Of a stretch of 64,000 nucleotides of DNA, positions 1-11,451 are shown in pieces (positions within the stretch are counted from its first letter, which is position 1; each line of letters opens with the position of its first letter). The position numbers and the translations under genes are program-made. The DNA is taken from positions 1 through 64,000 of the forward strand of contig JALDZX010000006.1 in the NCBI GenBank assembly GCA_022813865.1. The letters run 5' to 3'. A model generated the notes under the pieces. It was given only the letters and a program-made list of their open reading frames with translations. It had not been told where the DNA came from and ran no database searches. The DNA is from Xylographa opegraphella (lineage: Eukaryota).

Positions 1-1479
1 CAGAGGAAGAGAAGGCCCTCGTTACGTTTCTGTTACTAATGTCTGATCTTGGGCAACCTGTTCGAGTAAAGTACATACCTTCACTAGCCTTTAGCATCGC
101 CCGCCAGCGGTCTTTCGTTACAACGGATCATTCAATCAAGCCTCCGAATAAGAACTGGCCTCGAGCCTTTGAGAAACGTAATCCTGAACTCAAAGCGAGA
201 AAGGTTCGGGCGATAGATTGGAAACGTCACGAGAATAACATATATGTGAAAATTACACACTGGTTCGAAGTAATTGGAAGAATTATACAGGATCCGGCCA
301 TTCTGCAAGAAAATGTGTACAATATGGACGAGACGGGGGTCATGTTAAGCATGCTCGGTTCCGTCAAAGTCCTTGTAGGTAAGAACGACCTACGAGACTA
401 TAGAGGCGCAGGCGTCAAGCGGACGATGGTAACTGCCATTGAATGTATAAGTGGAGACGGCAGGTCTTTGCTCCCTCTTATAATCTGGCCAGCTTCAACT
501 CACCGCAGCAATTGGACGACATACCCAACCCCAGGATGGCATTACGCACATTCAGAAAACGGTTACAACAATTCCAAAATTAGCTTGGAATAGCTTACGC
601 GTGTGTTTGATCCCCAAATCAAAGGACCAGCTAACCAGAGACCACGGGTACTAATTTACGACGGCTTCGAGACACACGAGACGCTCGAAATCTTGGAATT
701 TTACTTTGCGAATAATATTCTCCTGTGTCGTCTCCCGTCTCATACCTCTCATAAGCTCCAGCTCTGTAATGTCGGAGTTTTTGCGCCTTTGAAGACAGCC
801 TATTGCGACGAGGTTGAACAACTGTACCGAGGAGGTTTAGACACCGTTGGCAAGGAGCATTTCACCTTTTTATACAAGCCTGCAAGGGAAAGGTCGTTAA
901 CAAAGAGAAATATTATGGCCGAATGGCCGCGACTGGTTTTTCCCGTTCAATCCAGAGAGAGTACTCCGATATACACCGAAGCCCGCTGCTATACTTACAG
1001 TTCCAAAAGGTAATGAGGTCTTGTCTTACCCGCAAGACCAAGATCTACAAATGCCTGTAACCCCTGTAACGTCGGTAACAATAGAGGCTCTTACGTCGTT
1101 GCATAATCTGATTAAACAGGAGCTTGATGAGCCAAATACAGACTGTATACAAAGGCACGTACAGAAGCTCGTAAGTGCCGCCAAAGTATTATTTGCCAAA
1201 CAGACCCTCTTTTAGGATCAGAATCGATTCTTGTCCAAATTAAATAATGAAGCCAAAGTTCGCCGATCGACCAGATCAGTAGTTCTGGGAAAGGCGAAGG
1301 TGATAAGCTATAAGAACCTTGAGGAGGCACGAGCGAAGCGTGCCGCAAAAGAGAAAGCGACAGCGGATAAGGGCAGGGGAAAACGCGGGCGTAAGCGCAA
1401 AAGTCCTGCGCCAGAGGAGGGTTCGTCAGTGCCAACGGACAACGAAATGCTGGAGTCAGTGAAAGCCCCAGCGCCATAA
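1..1479 (+). mobile_element. pogo/Fot1-like (Tc1/mariner superfamily) DDE transposase, pseudogenised; 5' end lies outside the window
   Basis: Consecutive ORF fragments carry NMDETG, LIYDGF and LPSHTSHKLQLCNVGVFAPLK motifs plus a basic C-terminus (GRGKRGRKRK). TAG at 591-593 (W expected) and 1213-1215, a frameshift near 920-930, and the third catalytic Asp reads Asn (AAT 768-770). Confidence 0.9.
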
Positions 1480-1890
1480 AGGGCCCCAGTGGCACGAATA
1501 TATTAGGACAGTATTGTTGCTTCAACGTGATCTTGCGCTGGGAGTTGCATAGGCTATATAGGAAAAGAGAATAAATGCTTAACTTAGCAAATTATGGAAG
1601 AAAGCTGGGCTACAGCCAAAGCATGCTAATACACGTTTTATTGCCAGTGCCATCCAAGCCGAACAAAGAGAACATTTTATCACTATATCGAGAAGGTTAA
1701 ATGCGGAGATTGTGGCGTGGGCTCCTTTGAAACGTCGTTGCAAGTAGGTATATATAGCCAGCGTCATCGCATCGTTTTCAAGTGATACGCGGAAGGTTCT
1801 CTAGATACCACGTACATTGTTGGACAAACAGATCAAGCTGAAGAAGTCCTTAAACCACAAAGAGATTCAGATCGTTCAGTGATGCCATAC

Positions 1891-2721
1891 CTAATCGTCC
1901 CAAAAATCCTTTCCGCCATACTTGTTGCCAATAAGAGCTTTTCCATCATCATCCACCACCACGCCGTTATATATATAAGACGCCCCTACCGCCTTCCCAT
2001 ACCAGTCACTGCTAAAAATGTCACCAGCCTAAGCCTTTTCTTTAACTAATACGTTCAGGTATCGATGACCACTAAGAGCTTCTTTGGCAGCATTTTGCAG
2101 TAGGTTATCAATACCTTCTGCAACACTCTGAACTAACTCTAGGGCTCCTCGATCATGAAGTTCAGTCGCTTCCTGCCTGACCAGTAAAACCTGGGCTTGA
2201 GGAGCAGGGAATATTTTCTCGATGTTGTCAATAAGTGAAGAGATACCTTCAATAAGGCTCTTGAATTCGGATTTGCGATAAAGAGCCCATTGCGTGATTT
2301 TCAGGATATTACTCCTCTTCTATCGCTTGATAGCCAGCTCCCTCATCTTGTTGTTCAACGCTACGAAGGTTGAGTCCATACTATTACTGAAAAGAACAGA
2401 AAGGTCTTCGCCAGTTGTATACTGCTGTAAAAATTTTGCCGAATCGGCGAAAAGCATAAGGATCTGATACAATATATTTTTAACCGTCTGAATCTGTTCT
2501 GATGTCGCATCGGGCCTTCCCATTTTCGGATCGTTCAGAATATCCACAGCTTGCCCTCAACGGGTCAAACGGATTCGAGAGCAGTTCAGAGTCAGCAAAT
2601 CTATCTGATAGTCTCGCCCAAAGTGACGCCCAAACTGCACATACTCGAAGCAATCGACACAGGCCGTGAAGGCGGCAGCGATGCCGATAGTACCAACGAC
2701 GATGCCAAATGCTTTAGCCAT
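1891..2721 (-). pseudogene. HET-S-like protein: N-terminal HeLo domain plus C-terminal HET-s-type prion-forming domain; three in-frame stops
   Basis: Manual translation in one frame (276 codons): MAKAFGIVVGTIGIAAAFTACVDCFEYVQFGRHFGRDYQ...RLTR*GQAV...AIKR*K...GHRYLNVLVKEKA*AGDIFSSDWYGKAVGASYIYNGVVVDDDGKALIGNKYGGKDFWDD*. Both termini resemble Podospora HET-S (CVDCFEYVQLGRHFGRDY; IGNEYGGKGFW). Stops at 2557-2559, 2320-2322 and 2029-2031. Confidence 0.9.
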
Positions 2722-3133
2722 TACAATAGTATAACAGGGAGGTGGTTTAGCCAGACGATATGCTCTAAACAGCGAGAAGATCAGAAAATGGTTGGGTTGC
2801 TTGCTGTAAGTAAAATTGTCTGCAGGATCGCGTTTGATTGCTTCAAGGCCACAGTTGATGCCTATAAGTCTATCCCTTCTCGTGGTCGTTTAGCAACTGC
2901 CCCAAAAGTTTGCTTATTTTGTTTAATATTGACCCAAAAGACCACGATAAGGGATATCCGAGGTCCTAGCGTAGCCGTACGGTAGCCTATCACGCCAGGA
3001 CAAAGCCAGCGCGAGGCCGCTCCTACTGTAGGTCTTGTTTAAAGAATACTATATTTTAGCAGTCAAGCCGACCGGCACATCCGCCTAATTGTCAATGCTG
3101 CTTCCTACGGCCACTAACTGATCCGTCGCCTTA

Positions 3134-5183
3134 ATGGCTGATCCCTCCAGGCCAGGGAATCAATACCAGCACATCCGGATCGATCAAGGCGGGAAAGCTC
3201 AACTGGGCGATACGTACATTCTCCGTGAGCTTTGGCATCCCATCCAAGAAGTAATGTCTGCTGACATACGCACGTCTCCTTGACCAGCGGCTCCAGCCCC
3301 TTTATTACCTCCATCCTATCGACTTGGCTTAAATCTTGAAAATGCGCCGCAGATTGACGAGCAGTTCTTCATCGGACGAAAGGACGAGCTTGCTCATTTA
3401 TACGAATAGTTGTCTCCGTCAACGGAACGATAGAATATGATGGCCATCTCGGGACTCGGAGGGATAGGTAAAACACAGCTTAGTTTGCACTTTGCGCGAC
3501 AACACCATCAACGTTATTCGACGGTGATCTGGCTGAATGCCAGCAGCGAGGTCATACTAAAGGCGGTATGTCTTTCGCGCAGTGCATCCAACGCCACAAC
3601 AAGCAACGCGATGCTAGACAGAGCGAGGTAATAGTGCAATTGAAGGAAGAGCAGGCTGTTCAACTGGTTCGACAGTAGCTGTTACAAGCGGAGAATAAGA
3701 CGTGGTTGTTAATGTTCGATAATTACGATGATCCTCGGCTTCCTGGCATTCGTAGTAGTACTGAATACGACATTCGCACTTTTTTCCCCTACTCCACCCA
3801 AGGATCGATCCTGATTACGACCCGATCTTCTCGCATTACCTTTGCGAAGTCGGTGCGCCTTAACAAGTTCGATGACCTTAATCTGAGTCTGGCAGTTTTA
3901 ATAAGGCGATCGGGTCGACAGGCACACGAAGGTAAGTATATATGATTACTAGGGATCAATACCGACCTTGTATCTAACGACCTTTGTTGTTTAACCCAGA
4001 TGTAAATGCGAAGAAACTGGCGGAACGGTTTAACGGACTTCCATTAGCGTTGGCCACAGCGGGCGACTATATCAGTCAGACGACGGATTCGTTCGGTGAA
4101 TACCTTCAAATGTACGAGCAGAGCTGGGCAGACCTAGCCGAGAACAGTAATAACTTGATGGAGTACGGCGATCGAACGCTGTATTCAACATGGAATCTAT
4201 TGCTGAAGCAGGTCGCCGCTTAAGATCCTGAAGCGGCAAAGCTGATTCGGCTGTTGGGGTATCTGGGGAACACGGATCTGTGGTATAAGCTGTTTTAGAA
4301 GGGTGCAGAATCCGCGTCGGAGTGGTTCTGCAATATTACGAAAAGCAAAGCGCGATTTAATAAAGCAATGGCGACACTACACGGTTATTCGCTGATTAAA
4401 ACGATGCCGGGTTACTACAGTCTTTACGCGTGCGTGCATAACTGGGTTTTGGAGTATCTGATTGGCAAGATCGATATAACGCTGTTTGGCTTAGCGATGT
4501 ATTGTATTGCGCAGAATGTTGCTTGGGAATCTACGCCCGAATACTGGGTGGTTAACAGCCGTTTGAACCATCACGCTCTTCGAATAGAGCATTGCCATCA
4601 AAGAGACGTTGTCGATTGGAACGTTGTCGATATGGACGATATTTTTAATATATGTAATTTGAATTACATGATCGGGCGACTGAAAGAAGCGGAGGAAATG
4701 TACATGCGGGCGCTGAAAGGATATGAAAAGGCATGGGGTACGGAACACACATGGACGCTGGACACAGTCAACAACCTGGGGATTCTTTACGCGGATCAAG
4801 GCAAGATGGCCGAGGCGGAGAAGATGTACATGCGGGCGCTGAAAGGAAAGGAAAAGGCATGGGGTGCGGAACACACATCGACGCTGGACACGGTCAACAA
4901 CCTGGGGAATCTCTACAAAAATCAAGGCAAGATGGCTGAGGCGGAGAAGATGTACATGCGGGCGCTGAAAGGAAAGGAAAAGGCATTGGGTGCGGAACAC
5001 ACATCGACGCTGGACACGGTCAACAACCTGGGTGTTTTTTACGCGGATCAAGGCAAGATGATCGAGGCGGAGGAGATATATATACGGGCACTGAAAGGGT
5101 TTAAAAAGATATATGAAGCTGATCATCCACGGGTATTACTTGTAGAATCTAATCTGAGCTCGCTAACGAGTGCAAGAGATTAA
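3134..5183 (+). pseudogene. Fungal NLR (N-terminal amyloid motif - NB-ARC - TPR), with stops and a frameshift
   Basis: Exon 1 (3134-3224) MADPSRPGNQYQHIRIDQGGKAQLGDTYIL; intron 3225-3287 (GTGAGC..GCTGAC..CAG). Then FIGRKDEL, Walker A GLGGIGKT, Walker B WLLMFDNYD, GSILITTR, GLPLAL and 42-aa TPRs. Stops at 3407, 3431, 3676 and 4221; frameshift near 3570-3600. Confidence 0.9.
4689..5110 (+). repeat. 126-bp tandem TPR-encoding repeat, about 3.3 copies
   Basis: Unit starts (GCGGAG..ATGTACATGCGGGCG or a variant) at 4689, 4815, 4941 and 5067 give an exact 126-bp period with near-identical DNA. Confidence 0.95.
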
Positions 5184-5334
5184 TGTGTTGCGATTCAAAT
5201 CAAAACAACGCTTGGTTGCTCAAATTTAACGTTTCTTAGCCAACTATTTAATGATCTAAAAAGGTAATGTTAGAAGGTATTGCCATAGGGAAAAAATATG
5301 CACAATGAGAACCAAGGATATTTAAAGTGACGTG

Positions 5335-5697
5335 TAAAGAAATACCTGGCTAGCCCGATGCACGGCAATTTAGCTGCTTGACATATATCGAGAAGCGTAG
5401 AAACCTGGATAAGCTTGAGTAAATTCCTTTGTTTCGTCGACGACGGTGTTAACGATAGGTCTATAAAGCTTTGAGGCGATGCGATGATTTGTGTTTTATA
5501 TTTAAAAAGCTTTTACCGTAGTAGTCGTACGTTGAATTGTATCACGAAGTTGTACAATAGTTGTTTCGAAAGTTGACCGCGATTCGAATGCTAAAGCGCG
5601 TTAGTTGACTTAACAACGTTAGTACACCAAGAACGCAAGTGTGGTTAGTGCACGGCCACATATTTAACAGCCACAGGCTTGGCTACTAACACACGTA
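5335..5697 (-). mobile_element. Putative 5' end fragment of a pogo-like element, inverted relative to the transposase at 1-1479
   Basis: Minus strand begins TACGTGTGTTAG at 5697, a TA/ACGT terminus like Tan1/Vader-type elements. About 335 nt later it reads VHRASQV, resembling the MDRASQVL N-terminus I recall for this transposase family. TpA-rich. Family assignment is from memory only. Confidence 0.4.
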
Positions 5698-6488
5698 AAA
5701 TACATGTAAGTTGACGATCATATAAGACGTACAAGATCGTCTCGCGCTAGCCAAATTGAGCGATCGCTTCGGTTGAAAGTACCGATTGGCTTGACGACCC
5801 TACATAAATTTGCGCGTCACAGCATATACGAGGCTGACAATGACTTCTCATTATTGTAGCGAGGTTTTGAGGCTCAAAGAAGACCCTTTTATAAGTTTAG
5901 AGTGGTAAGAGCTTTGCGGTAGTGCTGTGGAGAAGGAGGTCCGTTATGTCATGAAAGGAGGTTTTATGCAAATCAAGCTCAAAGACGACAACGCAAGCGT
6001 AATTTTCTAAATAAGCCAGTCCCGAGTATTTAGAAATGGCCATAGTACACGGCTTATACAGAAGTATGGTAAATGTCGATGTGTGCATAAAATCTGAGCC
6101 ACTTGGAATCAGAGTACCTCTCATATTTTCCGGCACAGGTGGTTTTCCGCCACCCATGGAGGGACGTTAACAGTAATTTCGTTGGTCGGATCATGGGAGT
6201 GGCAGAAGGCTCGGTCGTGCATATAACGACCTAGGGTGTAGATGATTTACAAAATGCTAGAATTTCCAAGTACTTCGCTCGAATGAATGTGTATGTATCT
6301 CCTCAGTACAGGTTCAACTGGGCCAAATAGTCCAAGGCACAAAGCTTCCTTCTCACCTCCTCCGGACACCGTTTCACAACAGAGGACCGTAGCAAAGGAT
6401 TTGTGGCGATATACTCTACGGATGGCTCAATGATTGATCATTGAGCCGTCTTGCAGAGCCCAGTCAGAGACTTTCAAGAGGTATTCCG

Positions 6489-7422
6489 TCACCATGGTAG
6501 TGGACTACCATCATAAGCAACAAATTTACCGGAGCTGTTCTCTCGAGACGCTCCGTCGATCTATAGCGAGAAAGAGAGCAAGTCAGTAACCAATCTGATG
6601 ATGGAACTGACATCATCTTTGACACTCACCAGTGTGACCATGCCGTCGATGGAATCTTTCAACACAACAGGTGCCTCCGTTAGGCCATTCGCTCGAGCTC
6701 CGGCATTGCCCATGTCAGTCTGGACCCACCTGTCGACAACAACTGTTAGCTGACGGTGCATAAATTTAGAGCTGGAACAAGCAAACCCAGGATGCAGAGG
6801 GAAGACAGTCAGCTGAGGATGCTCGTTATGGATCTTGAGCACTATGAAATTGGCGGCTGCTTTAGAAGCGCCATATGCTGTGATAGCCATGGGGACTTGT
6901 TCCATGTAACCCATACTGGCTATAGCAGTGGAGATCAAGATGAACTTTGGCTTTTGTGAAAACTGTAGCAGTGGCCAGGTGGCTTGAAACAAGACCAGAG
7001 TTCCAATGGTATTGACATTAATATGATCTCGTAGTTCAGAGATGGGAGTTTCCAACGCCGGTCCAAAATATTTCGCAATCCCGGAGTTCGCTACAACGAT
7101 ATCGAGATGATCAATGCCATGCTCTGATTTCAAAACTTCGACTGCTGATTTCGCGTCTGTCTCGGAGAGGCTGTCCACTTTGACGACGACGAGTTTGCTG
7201 CCCTCACCCACAGTAATCGAGCTTAGACTCTTAGAGGTATCATTGGAAGGGTCGCGGACTCCAGCGATGACTATTGAGTTCGGACGCGAGAGAAATAGTT
7301 CTAGAAGACCACGACCAAGTCCTAGCAGTATCATCAGTTCCAAAGCCACAGTTGTAAGATCGTAGCAACGTCTGCTGACCTCTATTGGCGCCTGTGATGA
7401 AGTAAATAGTTTTGCTAGACAT
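6489..7422 (-). CDS. Short-chain dehydrogenase/reductase (Nor-1-like ketoreductase family), 4 exons
   Basis: MSSKTIYFITGANRG|LG cofactor motif, VANSGI, YGASK (YxxxK), HPG|WVQTDMG, C-terminus GKFVAYDGSPLPW*. Confidence 0.88.
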
Positions 7423-8973
7423 TTCGAAAACCAACTCTAGATCTTGGAACAGTAGGGTTCAATGAATAGTCAATAACGTTTAGATTTATTAAGAAATTGT
7501 AGGAGACGAATAACTTCTTGAATCTTATGCAAGAACTCTCGACATGTTCACGAGGGCTTTATACAATGCCCTGTACCGAGACTTATTATTTGAGGCATTT
7601 CACAAAACTCCTCAAAAGGGGTAAAACTTAGAAAGCAGGCAATTTGTCAGTCACCATTTGGCTGCTGCTGCAACCTTCGTCCATACCAGTTTCTTCCATT
7701 ATTCAGCTGCCCAACAGAATTAGAATTGAGCTTGGAAATCACATATCGCTTTTCGGAGCTCTTGCCACCCGAATTAGGATGTAGCTCCTCGTCCGAGGGT
7801 CGTTTGCGACTTGACGCTAGACGAATACGGGCTGAGCTGCTCAGCTGTCATATTCTTGCACTAGTTTAGTTTTAGCCTAATCAGGTAATTTCTGGGTCTA
7901 TGGCGCGAAGCTAGAATCGGATGGCGCCTTGGATGTGAGACGATTATCAATCTTGCACTCCTTCAGTCATCCCACACTGACAGAAAGACGTTCTACAATT
8001 GGCCAGTTCCAAGTTGGACTCGGACTGTCATTCTTCTGCAAATACTCATCAGATTGCCAAACTCGTATCCTGCCGAACGATGAGTGGTGGAACAGTTCTG
8101 GCCTGCCGAGGATTGTCGTGTTCTGCATATTCTTGGTTAACCAGACATGGTGCATGATGTGAGGAAACTCATTGATTAGGCCGTGCGCATCTCAATGCCG
8201 AACTGTATAAATATCTTCCGTAGCGTGCGAAAGGCTTTCTATGTCAGATTGTTTGTCAGAGCATCTTCATTCACCCATCTAGAAATTCTTATGGAAGCAT
8301 TCGTCTCATCCATCCCACGTCACAACACATTAATTACTCCAATTCTAATTATATCTCCATAGCCGATTAATGATCATCCTTTCCTTTTTATTTGCAGCAT
8401 AAGTGCATACTCGTTGCAATGCTTGACCTCTCGCGCTAGGATCCCTTCTTAACAACCAATTCTCTCGTATGTGACAGGGGCTTCCGATATCCAGAGGAAG
8501 AACATGATTTTTCATGTCTCGGCACCCATCATCTCCACTGTTGCAGCCCAGCGCTGGGGAGCGAGCTCTTGCAACGCTGCGGTAGATGAAAGCATGGTGT
8601 GGTAGGTCTTCCTCGTAAGTGATACGGTAGATCGATAAAGGAGCTGGCAATGTTTGCATCCCAAAGGAAGTAAAGCTTCGTGCAAGTTTCACTTGCAGTG
8701 CTTCATCTCGAAGACGATGTTAACGATTGGCCATATCCTGGCATTCAGTACATTGTACTGACCAATGACAATCTCACGACTAATCGCTGTGGCCCAGAAG
8801 AATATGACGATATCCGAGCTTCTCACGTGCGTCGACCAGCGTCCTGAGTTTCGCAGGAGGCACAAAGTGTCCAAGGGAGTCAGCCAACATCATCGGTAAG
8901 ACTGAACCAACATCAAGATTGACCTGTACCCAGGCGGATGCGACTTTTCTGGGCTCGCTCAAGACGGAAAGCA

Positions 8974-10801
8974 TTACAAGTCCATGATCTCGCTGGCAAA
9001 TTTGCTCCCGGCGCGAATCCTCGGTCCATAAAAGATCAGTACCCATGGCACGATTGTTAAAAGCGCACCCACACCACCCAGGAAGCTCGACGCCCCAGCA
9101 AAGGTCATACGATTGAACATCGCAGTGGTGATGAGCGGGAAGATCCCGCCGAGCATGTTTCGACAGAAAGACTGCGCAGCAAGCGCAGAGCTGGCATAGC
9201 GGTGATACGTATCGGCAAGGTAGTTGAAAACGGCAAGGTAGATGGAGAAGATGCCCATGGTGGCGCAAGCTATTGCCATAGCGGGCACGATCCAGGGGAT
9301 TTGAGAGAATTGAGTCCAGCCAAACCAGAAGAGGCCGATGGGGAGAAGAGCCGACTCGATGCATGAAAAGTAAAGTCGGCCTTCCGGGGTGGAGGACAGC
9401 TTGCCGTAATGCTTTGCGATCTTCTCTTGGTAAATGGAGAGGAGCGTAGATAGGATTGAGCCAACGCAGATGGCTGGGAAATCGTGTCAGCTTGAAGACA
9501 ATCACGATGTCGAAAGGGCACGTACCAGCGAAAACCGCACCATTCTGTTGCAGATCAAAGTGGTGGTTAGCGGTGAAGACCAGCGGTATCGAGCTAAAGG
9601 TAAGGTACAGGACAGCCCAGCTGAATGAAACCCAAAGCGAAAAGAAGAACACTACAGGTTCTGTGGCCAATAAATCTGTGTCTCCGTTAGCAGAGTCGAT
9701 GATATTCCCAAGTATATGACACTTACGAAATGGTCGATATAGCGATATTCCAATCATCTTAGCTAAACTCTCTCTAGCTTCATCAGACTGAACTTTCCAC
9801 CTAATTCTCTGGCTTTGCAGCTTGCTCCCATCATCGCCAACAGGCATATCGAAGCCGAACAGCCCAGCTCCTTCTCTCGCTTCGTACCACTTGTTCAATA
9901 TTTGTGCTTTTCTACTCAGTAGTACACTTCCTCGAGTTTCTTTGAAAAATACAATCACAGCAAGAATACACAAGCCGCAACTGATCACTTGATGCCAAAA
10001 TACCCACCGCCAATTCACATTTTGAGCGATGAATCCCGAACACAGTGGCCCTAGTCCGGTTCCAAGAAGCGCAGCTCCTGCGAACAGCGCCATGGGTGTG
10101 TTCCTGTCTTCGGCATGGAAGATGTCACTCACAACGCCTCCAACCATGGTCGAAAATGTAGAACCGCCGACGCCAACGAAAAACCTAGCCACGAGCATTC
10201 CAGCATACGATTGGGTAACAGCACAGCATATCTGACAAATCACAAACAGGATACCGGTCGCCACAAAAACAGGATACCGCCCATTGATCTCCGAGAAGGG
10301 TGCCAGAATCATCGGAGCAATCCCAAAGCCGGTAGTGAACATTGTGATTCCCACGTACATGGCCTCTTCACTGACGTTCCATTCAGCAGCCATGGCGGCA
10401 GAGGCGGAGGAATACGAGCCCGCCGTGTATGCTGTCACAATGGTAGATACGCACGAGAGCCATAATATCAGAGTTTTTCGAGACTGTGACCAATTGAAGG
10501 GTGACTGGTAATTGCGGAGATCGGGAGCTTCGGGAGCAAGTCCCTCGTTTGTGCCGGAAGAGGTCAGCGTGGATGGCGAAGGGAGCTCGGTGTCGAATGT
10601 AAGATAATGGTAAACGATTGGCGCATGGCCTTGATCAGCTGTAGACCTGCGTCCATTTTTCTCATTGCCTTCGTCAGGAGCATAGCTTCTCTGATCTCGT
10701 ACAATTGGAGTATAATTGTCTGCTGCTCGTGTATTAGGGTTTTCTTCGGCATCAACAAATTCCGATGACGTCGGCGGAAGTCTTGTTTCCAGGCGAGCCA
10801 T
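8974..10801 (-). CDS. MFS drug:H+ antiporter (DHA1-like), multi-exon
   Basis: SPFNWS..K, APFSEINGR, WRWVFW, ETRGSVLL, RPF|HLL.TEP, NYLADTYHRYASSALAAQSFCRN. Confidence 0.9.
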
Positions 10802-11451
10802 TATTACAACAACACGATCCTTAACGATTGTTGCAATTCATCAGTATACTCGAAAGTAAAACAAACAGAAAAAGTCTTGATCTATGTGAAAGGCAGAAGA
10901 AATTATTTGTTAAGTGTATCAAATAAATAACTGATAGTCTGCTTCGGCTCCACCACGGAAGGAAGCCGTTGATCCACATCCGTATCGGTGCCGATCATCC
11001 AGCTTGACCACTAATAAAGCGCGTACCGTATCGAGATCCGCGCTCCTTCCGCAATCGGACCGCGCTTGAAGAGGTTGATCAGTGGTGGTTACAGACGCCG
11101 GAGAATGAGTAGCGCTGCATGGTTCGGTTTACGGATCCTATCGAGACATGCTGGAGACGAAATTTTGAATTTTGATGTTTTTCATCTGGTGTCCTTGCCT
11201 CAGTACTGAGGAAACTGCTGTCCAATGTTCAGCCGGCTTTTCCCATGATCATTACATATACTCAACTTCAAGGTTGCATTTAAGAGCTGATAGATTCCTT
11301 TCCGTTCCCGTTCATATATTTCCAAGAAATCAAAATCCTTCGTCTGCTTTTGCATTTATAGAAGGTTATTTTGGAAAGAAACCTCATCTAGTTCCCGAAT
11401 TCTAAACTCTCCGCCAGCTCTTCACAGCAGTCACCAGTTCAGATTTGAACC

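Noticed and set aside
1891..4300. Premature stops rescued by A-to-I editing
   Set aside because: Several TAGs sit where Gln is expected (editing would give Trp), the NLR also has a frameshift, and the neighbouring transposase shows the same damage. RIP-like decay is simpler.
4491..5126. Repetitive 211-aa minus-strand ORF
   Set aside because: Antisense of the TPR repeats.
7500..8900. Short ORFs between the SDR and the MFS gene
   Set aside because: No motifs or coherent exon structure; treated as intergenic.
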